Source: Sulfurospirillum sp.
GTDB taxonomy: Bacteria > Campylobacterota > Campylobacteria > Campylobacterales > Sulfurospirillaceae
Assembly (NCBI GenBank): GCA_045047115.1
Contig: JASFYR010000014.1
Coordinates: forward strand, 1-64,000
Length of the DNA stretch: 64,000 bases
Direction of reading: 5' to 3'
The translations under genes were made by a program, and so were the position numbers. The notes under the pieces were generated by a model. It did no database searches. It saw nothing but the letters and a program-made list of their open reading frames with translations, and was not told the DNA's origin. Below, piece after piece: positions 30,065-41,202 of this stretch. The first letter of the stretch is position 1; every line of letters begins with the position of its first letter.

Positions 30065-30880
30065 TTGGTTTATTTGATTCCTACTCCGATAGGAAATATA
30101 GATGATATTTCAGTTAGAAGTTTGAAACTTCTAACTGAAATTCAAGTTCTTTTTTGCGAAGATACAAGAGTTACGAAAAAACTTTTAAATCTCCTCTCTT
30201 CAAGACATAATATAAAGTTCAAAATCCAAAGATATATCTCCTTTCACTCCCATAACGATAAAAAAGTTCTATCATCTCTAAGTAAAGACTTCTTTGTTTG
30301 CAATATAGCCTTTATGAGTGATGCCGGTATGCCCTGTGTCAGTGATCCCGGAGCAAATTTGGTCGAATATTGTCAAGATAAAAAGATACAGTATGAAGTC
30401 CTCCCCGGAGCAAATGCTGCTCTTTTGGCTTACGCTTCCAGCGGATTCGATTCATCGAGGTTTACATTTTACGGTTTTTTGCCTCACAAGGGAAAAGAGA
30501 GAGAGAAATCTCTGGGTGAAGTGGTAAATCTAACAAATCCTGCAATCATATATGAAGCACCCCATAGAATCGAAAAACTAGCACTTGAATTGGCGACTAT
30601 ATGCCCGCAGAGAAAACTTTTTGCCATAAAAGAGGCTACTAAAAAATTTGAAAAAAAGTTTTTTTCAAAATCCTCCGATTTTCCTGATTTTCTAAACTCT
30701 ATCAATACAAAAGGCGAATGGGCTTTGGTTTTGGATCCAAAAGAGCAGGAAAAAGGTGAAAAAATAGACGAAACAGATATAAAAAATCTAGATATACACC
30801 CCAAACAAAAAGCAAAACTTCTCTCAAAACTTAGTGGAAAAAGCATAAAAGAGTGTTACAATATGCTTTGTGAAAAATAG
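30065..30880 (+). CDS. rsmI: 16S rRNA C1402 2'-O-methyltransferase
   Basis: PTPIGN, CEDTRVT, SDAGMPCVSDPG and YEAPHRI; TTG start. Confidence 0.93.
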   Translation: MVYLIPTPIGNIDDISVRSLKLLTEIQVLFCEDTRVTKKLLNLLSSRHNIKFKIQRYISFHSHNDKKVLSSLSKDFFVCNIAFMSDAGMPCVSDPGANLVEYCQDKKIQYEVLPGANAALLAYASSGFDSSRFTFYGFLPHKGKEREKSLGEVVNLTNPAIIYEAPHRIEKLALELATICPQRKLFAIKEATKKFEKKFFSKSSDFPDFLNSINTKGEWALVLDPKEQEKGEKIDETDIKNLDIHPKQKAKLLSKLSGKSIKECYNMLCEK

Positions 30881-30912
30881 TCCTTTAAAGAAATTTTTGA
30901 TACAATAGAGCT

Positions 30913-31596
30913 ATGATTATCTATGGAAAACAACTATTTTTATATATTTTACAAAATTATCCGCACAAATTGCTTAAGGTTCAGTTATCCAAAAAATGCG
31001 ATCAAAAACTTTTCAACAGGATAAAGAATGTTTGTGATGATGTCTCCTTGGTGGACAATAAAAAGGCACAGGCATTAAGTCACGGTGGAAATCATCAAGG
31101 ATTTATCGCTCATATAACCGATTTGGATTTTAAAGAGTTTAAAGAGGTAAAAAATTCAGATTTTTTACTTATACTTCAAGGCATCACAGATGTTGGAAAT
31201 ATAGGAGCTATTCTTAGAAGCGCTTATGCTTTTGGGGTAGATGCTGTTATTATAAGTGGCATAAAAAGTATAAATTTAGAAGCGATTATCAGGACTAGCA
31301 GTGGAGCAGCTTTTGAGATGCCAGTCGTCATGGAACCAAATACCCTTGATTTGATAAATGAACTAAAGCAGACAAACTTTAAGATTTATGGGGCTGATGT
31401 GAATGGCAAAGATATAAAAGATATAAAATTCACCTCTAAAACAGCATTGATGATGGGTAGTGAAGGTGAAGGTATACCGAATAAAATAAAATCAAAATTA
31501 GATGAGATAGTCTCTATAAAAATGGCCAGAGAGTTTGACTCTTTAAATGTGAGTGCAGCAACAGCGATACTTTGTGATAGGATTTTCAATGGATGA
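30913..31596 (+). CDS. rlmB: 23S rRNA Gm2251 methyltransferase (TrmH/SpoU family)
   Basis: NHQG, DVGNIGAILRSA, GSEGEG and SLNVSAA. Confidence 0.85.
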   Translation: MIIYGKQLFLYILQNYPHKLLKVQLSKKCDQKLFNRIKNVCDDVSLVDNKKAQALSHGGNHQGFIAHITDLDFKEFKEVKNSDFLLILQGITDVGNIGAILRSAYAFGVDAVIISGIKSINLEAIIRTSSGAAFEMPVVMEPNTLDLINELKQTNFKIYGADVNGKDIKDIKFTSKTALMMGSEGEGIPNKIKSKLDEIVSIKMAREFDSLNVSAATAILCDRIFNG

Positions 31597-32497
31597 TTTT
31601 AATATACTCGAAGAGATAGGGTTAAAAGAAGTTTCAAACAAAACTCATATAGAAGTAAAAAATCTAGAGTATATGATAAATTCTCAGTTTGATAAACTCA
31701 GTAAAACAAGTACAGTCGGATTTGTAAAAATTCTCTCAAGAGAATATAAATTAGATTTGACCGATTGGCTGAACGAAGCTGAAAAATTTTGGAGCGAAAA
31801 CAAAGAAGAAGATGATGGTACGAAAATTTTTATAGTTCAAAAACAAAAAAATTTCACAAAAAAATTATTTGCAGCATTATCGCTATTTATTTTGGCCGCT
31901 ATACTCTACGGAGCTTATATTTTTTTAAACAACAAGTTAAATTTCTTTGAAAATCCACTGGTAAAGACAGATACAAACTATACTTATGAACAGACACCGG
32001 TAGTAAATGAAGCAAAAGGGACTTTGGAACAAAATATAACCCGTGATGAAAATAAAACTCAAGTGCTTGTGGATATAAACAAAAGTATCGGTGTCGAAGT
32101 AAATGCAACAAGCAGTATAAAAATAGATGAAACAAATAATTCAGTGTTTAATACAGGACAAGAGTTAAACATCTCTGTCGTTAAAAAAAACAGAACAGAC
32201 AACTTCAAAGCAGAAAAAAAAGATGCTTATATTTCACCAAATGCAAAACTTTGGGTGGGCGTAATCTATCTTGACAACTTCAAAAGAAAATCATTTTTGG
32301 GAAAAAATAATTTTGTTTTGGATGCATCAAGAGATCAGCTTGTCACAACCGGACATGGAAACTTTACACTCTATTTTAATGGAGAGATTAAAAAGTTTCA
32401 ATCGCAAAATCCTATTAGATTGCTTATCAAAAACGCTGAAGTATCAGTCATAACGGATAAACAATTTAAAGCATTAAACAGAGGCTCACTTTGGTAA
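31589..32497 (+). CDS. RodZ-like membrane protein
   Basis: N-terminal HTH-like region (GFVKILSREY), single TM, low-complexity linker and C-terminal beta domain (LWVGV...TGHG). Confidence 0.6.
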   Translation: MDDFNILEEIGLKEVSNKTHIEVKNLEYMINSQFDKLSKTSTVGFVKILSREYKLDLTDWLNEAEKFWSENKEEDDGTKIFIVQKQKNFTKKLFAALSLFILAAILYGAYIFLNNKLNFFENPLVKTDTNYTYEQTPVVNEAKGTLEQNITRDENKTQVLVDINKSIGVEVNATSSIKIDETNNSVFNTGQELNISVVKKNRTDNFKAEKKDAYISPNAKLWVGVIYLDNFKRKSFLGKNNFVLDASRDQLVTTGHGNFTLYFNGEIKKFQSQNPIRLLIKNAEVSVITDKQFKALNRGSLW

Positions 32498-33312
32498 AGT
32501 ATATTGTTTCTATCTTTTTTACATCTGTTTTGCTTTTCGCAAATTTGCAAGATAAGATAGAAAATTTTATATCTCCAGGAGAGTATGCAAAACAGGAAAA
32601 TCTGCTAAAAGTGCTTTTTAGAGATAGTAATAGTTTTTACAGGGTGAGTGATGGCAATGTAGATAGTCTTAAAGTTATAAAAGTTTTAGAAGATAACGGC
32701 CTGTTTAAGCTTTTTTATGCTAATCCCATAACTCTAAAAGTGAAGTTTGTAACCAGGAAAAACCCACTGATTTTTATGAAAGTGATCAAAGAATCACTGG
32801 AGTCGATAGGGTATAACTATTTTTTAACAACAAGAGCTACAAAAAAAGAGAATGAATTTGTATGGATCATAAATTTAAAAACAAAACATCTCATAAACCC
32901 TATTCTTTTTTCACAAGAGCTGAAGAAAAGAGGTTGTGTGGTAAAAGATATAGAAAAGTACGGGGATAATCTATGGGTATACAAGATCAATTCTGATGAT
33001 GCTAGACTCAATGCAAAAAAAGTTGATATAGATACAAGTACTAAACTCAAGAAACCAATCGAGCCATATTTGATATACGCTAATAATGCTGTAAAGATAA
33101 AAATCAAAACAAGCTTTAGTGATCACTGGTATCCATCTGTGATTTTTCTAGATAGTGCTCTACATGTGGTATCACAAACAAAGATAGATAGTAGAACATA
33201 TGTTTTAAAATTAGATATACCGCCAAACAGTAAATACATAAGAATTGCAGATATGTACACGCTGGATAATATAAAACACGGTCTATCCATATACCTAAAA
33301 AGCGGAGAATGA
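32491..33312 (+). CDS. Hypothetical exported protein
   Basis: Signal-peptide-like N-terminus; operon position. Confidence 0.65.
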   Translation: MVKYIVSIFFTSVLLFANLQDKIENFISPGEYAKQENLLKVLFRDSNSFYRVSDGNVDSLKVIKVLEDNGLFKLFYANPITLKVKFVTRKNPLIFMKVIKESLESIGYNYFLTTRATKKENEFVWIINLKTKHLINPILFSQELKKRGCVVKDIEKYGDNLWVYKINSDDARLNAKKVDIDTSTKLKKPIEPYLIYANNAVKIKIKTSFSDHWYPSVIFLDSALHVVSQTKIDSRTYVLKLDIPPNSKYIRIADMYTLDNIKHGLSIYLKSGE

Positions 33313-33314
33313 AA

Positions 33315-34526
33315 ATGTTCGATGAGATAAGATTTAATACAATAGAGAGATTACCAAATTATGTTTTTGCCGAGATAAATGAGATAAAATTAAAGGCAAG
33401 AAGAGCCGGAGAGGATATCATAGATTTTTCTATGGGAAATCCTGATGGCAGAACTCCACAACACATTATAGAAAAACTTATAGAGTCAGTCGATAAAGAT
33501 AAGACACACGGTTATAGTGTGAGTAAAGGTATATATAAATTAAGATTGGCTATTTGTAATTGGTATAAAAGAAGGTATGGTGTGGATTTGGATCCAAATG
33601 GTGAAGCAGTTGCTACACTTGGTAGTAAAGAGGGTTATGTTCACCTTGCCCAGGCCATCACCAATCCCGGTGATGTGGCGATAGTGCCGGATCCTGCCTA
33701 TCCTATACACTCTCAGGCTTTTATACTTGCAGGCGGAAATATCCACAAAATGGGCTTGGATTTCAATGAAGATTTTGAGCTCGATGTAGAAAAATTTTTC
33801 TATAAATTGAAAAAATCTTTTAGAGATTCAGCCCCAAAGCCAAAGTTTGTAGTAGTTAATTTTCCTCATAATCCGACAACAGTCACTGTCCAAAAGTCAT
33901 TTTATGAAAGATTGGTGGCTTATGCAAAAGAGGAGAGGTTTTATATCATCAGCGATATTGCTTATGCGGATATAACATTTGATGGATATAAAACCCCGTC
34001 TATCTTTGAAGTTGAAGGTGCGAAGGATGTAGCCGTAGAGAGTACAACTTTGTCAAAAAGTTATAATATGGCAGGTTGGAGAGTTGGATTTTTTGTAGGA
34101 AATCCAAAACTCATAGGCGCATTACAAAAGATAAAATCCTGGTTTGACTATGGTATGTTTACTCCTATCCAAGTTGCTTCTACTGTGGCACTTGATGGAC
34201 CTCAAGAGTGTGTGGGTGAAATCATAGAAGTTTATAAAAAAAGAAGAGATGTATTGATAGAGAGTTTTAAAAATGCAGGTTGGGATATGGGAAGACCAAA
34301 AGCAACCATGTTTGTTTGGGCAAAGATACCACAAGTTGCATCCCATCTAGGAAGTATGGAATTTTCAAAACAGCTTTTAAAAGAGGCAAAAATTGCGGTG
34401 AGTCCGGGGATTGGTTTTGGTGAGCATGGTGATGGTTATGTAAGAGTTGCTTTGATAGAAAATGAAAATAGAATCAGGCAAGCAGCCAGAAATGTAAAAA
34501 AATATTTAAAGAGTTTAGAAAAATGA
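33315..34526 (+). CDS. Class I PLP aminotransferase (LL-diaminopimelate aminotransferase/AlaC-like)
   Basis: MGNPD, GSKEG, NFPHNPT, DIAY and SKSYNMAGWRVG. Confidence 0.88.
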   Translation: MFDEIRFNTIERLPNYVFAEINEIKLKARRAGEDIIDFSMGNPDGRTPQHIIEKLIESVDKDKTHGYSVSKGIYKLRLAICNWYKRRYGVDLDPNGEAVATLGSKEGYVHLAQAITNPGDVAIVPDPAYPIHSQAFILAGGNIHKMGLDFNEDFELDVEKFFYKLKKSFRDSAPKPKFVVVNFPHNPTTVTVQKSFYERLVAYAKEERFYIISDIAYADITFDGYKTPSIFEVEGAKDVAVESTTLSKSYNMAGWRVGFFVGNPKLIGALQKIKSWFDYGMFTPIQVASTVALDGPQECVGEIIEVYKKRRDVLIESFKNAGWDMGRPKATMFVWAKIPQVASHLGSMEFSKQLLKEAKIAVSPGIGFGEHGDGYVRVALIENENRIRQAARNVKKYLKSLEK

Positions 34527-35791
34527 TAAAAGTAGGAATCGTAGGTGTAGGAACAGTCGGAAGCAGTGTTGTAAAAATTTTACAAAAAAACAGAGATATA
34601 ATCACAGCTCGAGCTGGAAAAGAGATAACTCCGGTTTTAGGTGTTGTGAAAAATCTAGGCAAAGACAGAGGTTTAGATATGCCTTTGAGCAATGATGTTG
34701 ATGATATTTTGAACGATGAGAGCATTGATGTGGTGGTGGAACTCATGGGTGGCGTTGATGAAGCTTTTAAAGTAGTGAAAAAAGCTTTGGGAAAAGGCAA
34801 AGCAGTTGTGACAGCAAATAAAGCAATGCTCGCATACCATAGATATGAATTACAACAAAGTGCAAATAGACAAGCGATTGGATTTGAAGCCAGTGTGGCT
34901 GGCGGAATCCCTATAATCAAAGCTTTACGCGAGGGTTTAAGCGCAAATCATATAAACTCTATAAAAGGCATAATGAATGGTACTTGTAACTATATGCTTA
35001 CAAAAATGATGAATGAAGGCGTAGAGTTTGATGAGATACTAAAAGAGGCTCAAGAGCTTGGATATGCTGAAGCCGATCCGTCATTTGATGTCGGTGGATA
35101 TGACGCTGCCCATAAACTCCTGATTTTGGCTAGCATCGCTTATGGAATAGATGCTAAACCTGAAGATATCCTGATAGAAGGCATAGAAAATATAAATAGC
35201 GAAGATATATTTTTTGCAAATGAATTTGGTTACAATATAAAGCTGCTTACTATTGCAAAAAAGAGTGGTGACAGCGTTGAATTAAGAGTCCACCCGGCTC
35301 TCATTCGCAAAAGTGAAATGATAGCCAAAGTCGATGGAGTTATGAATGGAGTGAGTGTAATCGGAGATTTTGTTGGAGAGACTATGTATTATGGTCCGGG
35401 AGCCGGTGGAGATGCAACAGCAAGTTCTGTGATAGCAGATATCATAGATATAGTAAGAAATGGCAACAACTCTCCAATGCTAGGTTTTAAAAAGATTTTA
35501 AAAAATGATGTACTGAGACTTAAAAATGCAGATGAAATATTTACAAAATATTATGTTAGAGTTGAGGTTGAGGATAAAATCGGAGTTTTATCTAAAATTT
35601 CTACTATACTAGGCGAGCATGATATATCTATCAACAGTTTTTTGCAAAAACAGAGTGCAAATGCTAAAAATGCCATTCTTCTTTTTTCGACACACCAGTG
35701 TTATGAAAAAAATATCCAAAATGCTATCAAGGAGATAAGTACTTGCGAGTTTGTGAAAATTTATCCCTCAATGATTAGAATTGAAGAGTAG
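34523..35791 (+). CDS. hom: Homoserine dehydrogenase with ACT domain
   Basis: GVGTVG, VTANK, EASVAGGIP, NGTCNY, GYAEADP and GAGGDATAS. Confidence 0.96.
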   Translation: MIKVGIVGVGTVGSSVVKILQKNRDIITARAGKEITPVLGVVKNLGKDRGLDMPLSNDVDDILNDESIDVVVELMGGVDEAFKVVKKALGKGKAVVTANKAMLAYHRYELQQSANRQAIGFEASVAGGIPIIKALREGLSANHINSIKGIMNGTCNYMLTKMMNEGVEFDEILKEAQELGYAEADPSFDVGGYDAAHKLLILASIAYGIDAKPEDILIEGIENINSEDIFFANEFGYNIKLLTIAKKSGDSVELRVHPALIRKSEMIAKVDGVMNGVSVIGDFVGETMYYGPGAGGDATASSVIADIIDIVRNGNNSPMLGFKKILKNDVLRLKNADEIFTKYYVRVEVEDKIGVLSKISTILGEHDISINSFLQKQSANAKNAILLFSTHQCYEKNIQNAIKEISTCEFVKIYPSMIRIEE

Positions 35792-36118
35792 ATGAGTCTG
35801 AAAATTGGTTTAAGTGCTGAAGATAAAGTTGTAGATCTTTTAGTAAAAAATGGCTATAAAATTATAAAAAGAAATTTTCACTCAAAGTTTGGCGAGATAG
35901 ATATAATTGTAAAAAAAGATGGAGTTTTGAGTTTTGTTGAAGTAAAATATTCGCAAAATTACAATCCCGCTTACAGAATTACGCCAACAAAAATGAAAAA
36001 AATTATAAAAACTATTGACTATTTTTTTATGCTAAACAATGTTGATGAAGAGTACCAGATAAACGCAGCTTTAGTGACCCCGGAGGGGATAGAAATCGTA
36101 GAGAATATTGGGTTTTAA
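35792..36118 (+). CDS. YraN/UPF0102 family protein
   Basis: RNFHSKFGEIDII and FVEVK. Confidence 0.88.
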   Translation: MSLKIGLSAEDKVVDLLVKNGYKIIKRNFHSKFGEIDIIVKKDGVLSFVEVKYSQNYNPAYRITPTKMKKIIKTIDYFFMLNNVDEEYQINAALVTPEGIEIVENIGF

Positions 36119-36237
36119 AAGAACTAAAAATTATATCTATGGTTATTTTAAAGATACTATTTGTATAATATCACCTTTAAATAAATTAAAACTGATTTTT
36201 GCATACTTTGCGTAAGGTCAGTTTATAGGAGAATATA

Positions 36238-36555
36238 ATGGGGAAATATATAGAGTTAAATGCATCAAATTTTGATAGCACAGTTAGTGAAGGCGTGGCT
36301 TTAGTTGATTTTTGGGCTCCATGGTGTGGACCTTGCAGAATGATAGCTCCGGTTATCGAAGAGTTAGCAGGGGATTATGATGGAAAAGCAAAAATCTGTA
36401 AAGTAAATACAGATGAAGAGCAAGATATAGCCGTAAAATATGGTATAAGATCAATTCCTACAATTCTATTTTTCAAAAATGGTGAATTGGTTGATCAAAT
36501 GATCGGTGCATCTTCGAAACAAGTTTTAGCCGATAAGATTGATTCATATCTATAA
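36238..36555 (+). CDS. trxA: Thioredoxin
   Basis: DFWAPWCGPC and IRSIPT. Confidence 0.97.
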   Translation: MGKYIELNASNFDSTVSEGVALVDFWAPWCGPCRMIAPVIEELAGDYDGKAKICKVNTDEEQDIAVKYGIRSIPTILFFKNGELVDQMIGASSKQVLADKIDSYL

Positions 36556-36595
36556 TGACTACAATCTTTTTTTATAAAAAAAGAAAGATTTTCAA

Positions 36596-37042
36596 ATGAG
36601 AGGGGGGAGAAAAATCTTCTCCCTGAACTATCTTTTTGCTTCATTTTTTGGTGCCTTGATGATTGCTGGCGCTTTCGCATACTTTAATTATCGTTTTTCT
36701 GAGTATAAATTTATAGATTTTGGTCGTTGGATTTATTATGAGAAGAGTGATATATTTATCCCAAAAGCTCAAAAATACACCATTGTGATTTATAGCTCAA
36801 ATATGCAAGATATTAATCAGGTTTTACAAAAAATTAATAGATCAAATCCTATAATTGCAGTAGATTTGTATCAAAAAAGAAGAGGCAAAAAGGCTGATGT
36901 GATATATCTGACATCAGGAATGAATACACTCTTAAAGTTAATACAAAGATTTAATATCTATGAAGTTCCAAGTGCTTTTAGGATAAAAAAATTCAAAAAA
37001 CTACTATACAAGCAAGATAGTATGATAGAAGTGATAAAATAA
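36596..37042 (+). CDS. Membrane-anchored hypothetical protein (possible Cys-less thioredoxin-like fold)
   Basis: N-terminal TM; RFNIYEVPS resembles the Trx cis-Pro loop; no Cys. Confidence 0.6.
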   Translation: MRGGRKIFSLNYLFASFFGALMIAGAFAYFNYRFSEYKFIDFGRWIYYEKSDIFIPKAQKYTIVIYSSNMQDINQVLQKINRSNPIIAVDLYQKRRGKKADVIYLTSGMNTLLKLIQRFNIYEVPSAFRIKKFKKLLYKQDSMIEVIK

Positions 37043-37061
37043 TAAACGATAAGGATATAAA

Positions 37062-37994
37062 ATGTTAGATTTAGCGATAATCGGTGGCGGGCCAGCTGGT
37101 CTTACTGCCGGACTTTATGCAACACGAGGCGGCTTAAAAGAGGTTGCTATGTTTGAAAAAGGTATGCCAGGAGGCCAAATAACAAGTAGTAGTGAGATAG
37201 AAAATTATCCAGGAATTCCCGAGGTTATGAGTGGAATGGATATGATGCAACACTGGCCTGAGCAGTGTATGAGATTTGGTCTGAAACACAGAATGGAAGA
37301 GGTGAGTCTCGTATCCAAGAGAGATGATGGCATCTTTGAGGTTTCACTGCTTGGTGGTGAGATAGTCGAAGCTAAAAGTGTAGTTGTATGTACAGGAAGT
37401 ACGCCTAGAAGATCAGGTGTAAAAGGTGAGAGCCTCTTTTTTGGAAGAGGTGTCAGTACTTGTGCTACATGTGATGGATTTTTTTATAAAAACCAAGAGG
37501 TTGCAGTACTTGGTGGTGGTGATACAGCACTAGAAGAAGCACTCTACCTTGCAAACATATGCTCAAAAGTCTATCTTATTCACAGAAGAGATGAATTTCG
37601 AGCAAGTCCTGTAACTGTAGAAAAAGTGAAAAAGAGTCAAAAAATTGAGTTGGTATTGAATTCGGTTGTTGATGAAATAGTCGGTGATGATAGCGGAGTA
37701 AATGGTATTTTTGTAAAAGACAAACATGGTAATAAAAGAGATTTGAGAGTTCCCGGAATTTTTGTATTTGTAGGTATGGATGTAAACAATCAAATACTTA
37801 TGCGTCAAGACGGTACCCCTTTGTGCAAGTTGAGTGAAAATGGAAATGTTATAGTAGATCTTAAGATGCATACTTCTGTAAAAGGACTTTTTGCAGCCGG
37901 AGATTTGAGAGTAGATGCATCAAAACAGGTAGTATGTGCCGCAGGTGATGGTGCAACTGCCGGAATTCAAGCTTTGGAGTATGCAAATGAGTAG
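37062..37994 (+). CDS. trxB: Thioredoxin reductase
   Basis: [36 protein letters not shown] and FAAGD. Confidence 0.96.
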   Translation: MLDLAIIGGGPAGLTAGLYATRGGLKEVAMFEKGMPGGQITSSSEIENYPGIPEVMSGMDMMQHWPEQCMRFGLKHRMEEVSLVSKRDDGIFEVSLLGGEIVEAKSVVVCTGSTPRRSGVKGESLFFGRGVSTCATCDGFFYKNQEVAVLGGGDTALEEALYLANICSKVYLIHRRDEFRASPVTVEKVKKSQKIELVLNSVVDEIVGDDSGVNGIFVKDKHGNKRDLRVPGIFVFVGMDVNNQILMRQDGTPLCKLSENGNVIVDLKMHTSVKGLFAAGDLRVDASKQVVCAAGDGATAGIQALEYANE

Positions 37995-38769
37995 TGAGAA
38001 TTTTATGAAAGTCGGAATTCATGGCTCAACCGGAAGAGTCGGACATCTACTGATAGAAAATCTAAAAAATGATGAAACAGCAAGACCTCATATGCTTCAT
38101 GCCATAGAGAAGTTTTCTTTTGGGATTCCGCAAGACTCTGTGGTAACCGAATCTTACGAAGAGTTGTTTGAAAATAGTGATGTTGTGATAGATTTTACGA
38201 TAGCATTTGCAACAGAGACACTACTTGAGGCTGCGCTTGAACATCCGACACCTTTAGTTATAGGGACGACTGGACTAAGCGTGCATCAGCAAAACCTGCT
38301 TGAAGAGGCTTCCGGGCTTATGCCTATATTGTATTCAACAAATATGTCTTTGGGCGTAGCTGTCTTAAACAAACTAGTCTCTCTAGCTTCTTCTGCCCTT
38401 GCTGATTTTGATATAGAGATAGTAGAGCAACATCACAGATACAAAAAAGATGCCCCTAGCGGAACAGCTATGACTTTGGGTGAGCATGCAGCAAAAGCGA
38501 GAGGCTTAGAACTTGAAAAAGTAAGAGTTAGCGGAAGAAATGGTTTGATTGGTGAGAGAAGTAAAGATGAGATAGCTATCATGGCGCTTCGTGGCGGTGA
38601 TATTGTAGGCAGGCATACGGTTGGATTTTATAATGATGGAGAATTTTTGGAGTTGAATCATACTGCGACAAGTAGAGATACATTTGCCAAAGGGGCTCTG
38701 AGGGCTGCAAAATGGATAGTAAACCAAAAAAATGGCCTATATAGTATAAACGACTGTTTGGGTCTCTAA
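37987..38769 (+). CDS. dapB: 4-hydroxy-tetrahydrodipicolinate reductase
   Basis: IDFT, IGTTG and [15 protein letters not shown]; start at 37987 or 38005. Confidence 0.95.
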   Translation: MSSENFMKVGIHGSTGRVGHLLIENLKNDETARPHMLHAIEKFSFGIPQDSVVTESYEELFENSDVVIDFTIAFATETLLEAALEHPTPLVIGTTGLSVHQQNLLEEASGLMPILYSTNMSLGVAVLNKLVSLASSALADFDIEIVEQHHRYKKDAPSGTAMTLGEHAAKARGLELEKVRVSGRNGLIGERSKDEIAIMALRGGDIVGRHTVGFYNDGEFLELNHTATSRDTFAKGALRAAKWIVNQKNGLYSINDCLGL

Positions 38770-38779
38770 AGGATATAAG

Positions 38780-40117
38780 ATGTGTGCGATAGTTGGTGTA
38801 TTTGGATCTAGTGAGGCTTCCAGAATTGCGTATTATTCACTCTTCGCGATGCAACATCGTGGACAGGAAGCTACTGGCATAAGCGCAAGTGATGGAAAAA
38901 AACTCACTAAGATAAAAAAAAAGGGTTTGGTTACTGAAGTTTTTGATGAAGTTGCTCTGAAACATCTAGTGGGTGATATGGCTATCGGACACAATAGATA
39001 CTCGACTGCAGGAAGCAAGTCTGTCATAGATGCTCAGCCTATATATGCTAATTACAAGCTTGGAGAAATAGCGGTTGCACACAATGGAAATCTCATAAAT
39101 GGTAAAGAGATAAAGAAAATGCTTATAGATGAGGGTGCAATTTTTCAATCTGATATGGATACGGAAAATATCATTCATTTGATAGCCAGAAGCCATAAAG
39201 AGCATCTTAAAGACAGGATTATTGAGGCACTGAATGTTATAAAAGGTGCTTATTGTCTGGTAATTCAAGGGCGAAATAAGATTTTTGCGATAAGAGACAG
39301 ATATGGTGTCAGACCTTTTGCTTTAGGACAACTCGAAGATGGAGGCTACATTGTTTCAAGCGAAACCTGTGCTTTTGATTTGGTTGGAGCAAAATTTATA
39401 AGAGATGTAAGACCTGGCGAGATGATTATTTTCGATAAAGCAAAAGAGGGATTTGAAAGTATCCAGCTTTTTGAGCCGGATCCAAGAATCTGTGCATTTG
39501 AGTATATATATTTTGCAAGACCTGATAGTGTGATAGAGGGTAAAAGTGTATATGCAGTGCGTCAAGAGATGGGCCGTGCGATGGCTAGAGAAAACCAAAT
39601 TGAAGCAGATTTGGTTATTCCCGTACCAGATAGTGGTGTTAGTGCCGCACTTGGTTATGCCAAAGAGAGTGGTATTTCCTTTGAGATGGGGATAGTGAGA
39701 AATCATTATGTCGGAAGAACTTTTATAGAGCCTACGCAGGCTAGAAGAGATATGAAAGTGAAACTCAAACTCTCTCCCATAAGCTCTTTACTGAAAGGTA
39801 AAAAGATAGTAGTCATAGATGACAGTCTTGTTAGAGGCACAACCGCAAAAAGAATCATTAAGATACTAAAAGATGCCGGAGCAAAAGAGGTGCACATGTG
39901 TATCACTTCTCCTACAATTGAACATCCTTGCAGATATGGTATAGATACCCCAAGTTATGAAGAGCTTATAAGTGCAAATATGAGTGTTGAAGAAATCAGA
40001 GCCTACATAAAAGCGGATTCTCTGAACTTTTTAAGTATAGAGTCTCTGGTTAAAAGCATAGGGGATGAGAGAAAATACTCACTTGTAAGTTTTGATGGGG
40101 ATTATTTTATCAGTTAA
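38780..40117 (+). CDS. purF: Amidophosphoribosyltransferase
   Basis: N-terminal Cys, QHRGQE, HNRYST, FEYIYFARPDS and DDSLVRGTT. Confidence 0.97.
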   Translation: MCAIVGVFGSSEASRIAYYSLFAMQHRGQEATGISASDGKKLTKIKKKGLVTEVFDEVALKHLVGDMAIGHNRYSTAGSKSVIDAQPIYANYKLGEIAVAHNGNLINGKEIKKMLIDEGAIFQSDMDTENIIHLIARSHKEHLKDRIIEALNVIKGAYCLVIQGRNKIFAIRDRYGVRPFALGQLEDGGYIVSSETCAFDLVGAKFIRDVRPGEMIIFDKAKEGFESIQLFEPDPRICAFEYIYFARPDSVIEGKSVYAVRQEMGRAMARENQIEADLVIPVPDSGVSAALGYAKESGISFEMGIVRNHYVGRTFIEPTQARRDMKVKLKLSPISSLLKGKKIVVIDDSLVRGTTAKRIIKILKDAGAKEVHMCITSPTIEHPCRYGIDTPSYEELISANMSVEEIRAYIKADSLNFLSIESLVKSIGDERKYSLVSFDGDYFIS

Positions 40118-40666
40118 TCATCTGCAATATAACTTATATATAAGTCTGGGTTTTACAAAATAGGGCGGGTATCTCATAGACGCACTGAAGTTTCTTAGTT
40201 CATCTACCTTTAGATTTTTAGCTATCAGAAAATCTTTCGTTATCGTAGATTGTTTTTCGTTGCCGTCTATTTTATTTGTTAAAAAACCAAGACCGGTAGT
40301 TGGTTTATACACTGCTGAGCCATTCAAATTACCGGATTCTATGGCATTATTTACCAGTTTGACATGTAGAAAACATTTTGATATGCCAAATTTTCCAATA
40401 TTTCTGATTCTTCCCGATATGATAAAAGACTCACTGATTAAAACTCTTGTATGGGTTACATCTTCGAGTCTTGCTTTTTTGGTATATTTATCAAGAACAA
40501 ACATAGAAAAAACTGCCAGGGTCGATATAACTAAGAAATTAGAAAAAATCATGGCAATTAATACTTTTTTTCTTGTCTCTTTGAGAGATAAAATAAGCAA
40601 AATTATAAATAAGATAAAAAAGATGACAAGAGTGATGATATGCACAATTGTAAAGTATGAAATCAT
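40118..40666 (-). CDS. DUF2393-like membrane protein
   Basis: Two N-terminal TM helices and an Ig-like domain (GRIRNIGK...C...C); paralog adjacent. Confidence 0.6.
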   Translation of the reverse strand: MISYFTIVHIITLVIFFILFIILLILSLKETRKKVLIAMIFSNFLVISTLAVFSMFVLDKYTKKARLEDVTHTRVLISESFIISGRIRNIGKFGISKCFLHVKLVNNAIESGNLNGSAVYKPTTGLGFLTNKIDGNEKQSTITKDFLIAKNLKVDELRNFSASMRYPPYFVKPRLIYKLYCR

Positions 40667-41202
40667 CTCTTAGCTCCATAGCATTCTGCATCTACAGAGA
40701 TATTTACATCGCCTTTGTATGAAAAATTATAAAATATAGTTCTATTTTGCATAGTTTCACCAGCCTTTAACTCTCTTTTACTTAAAATCGTCCTATACTC
40801 AATTGGCTTTAGTTTATTTATAAAATTTTTAAATTTTGAGTTGGATGGTCTGTAAATTTTTGTATTTATTTGACAGAAGTTGTATGGTTTTTTTGATATA
40901 TTTTTTATGTCAGAATCAACAATCAAAGTATCCGAGAAATGTAATTTTTCGTATTTTATATGACTTACCAAAACGGGCCATATGGTTTTGTTCAAAAAGT
41001 ATTTTAGTGCAAAAGGACCAACAAAAAGCAAAACAAATGATAAAAGTATCAGTATAAGTGAAATTTTTATAGATTTTTTTATAAATAGGATAGACAAAAA
41101 AAGAAGAATTAAAAATGTCAAAAACAGCCAAATAAAAGCTATATAATCATATATGCCAAAGTGGTTTATATAGTTGAAAATTGAAAATTTTAATTCATTC
41201 AT
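40663..41202 (-). CDS. DUF2393-like membrane protein
   Basis: Two TM helices and a beta domain (KNISKK...C...ECY). Confidence 0.6.
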   Translation of the reverse strand: MNELKFSIFNYINHFGIYDYIAFIWLFLTFLILLFLSILFIKKSIKISLILILLSFVLLFVGPFALKYFLNKTIWPVLVSHIKYEKLHFSDTLIVDSDIKNISKKPYNFCQINTKIYRPSNSKFKNFINKLKPIEYRTILSKRELKAGETMQNRTIFYNFSYKGDVNISVDAECYGAKR

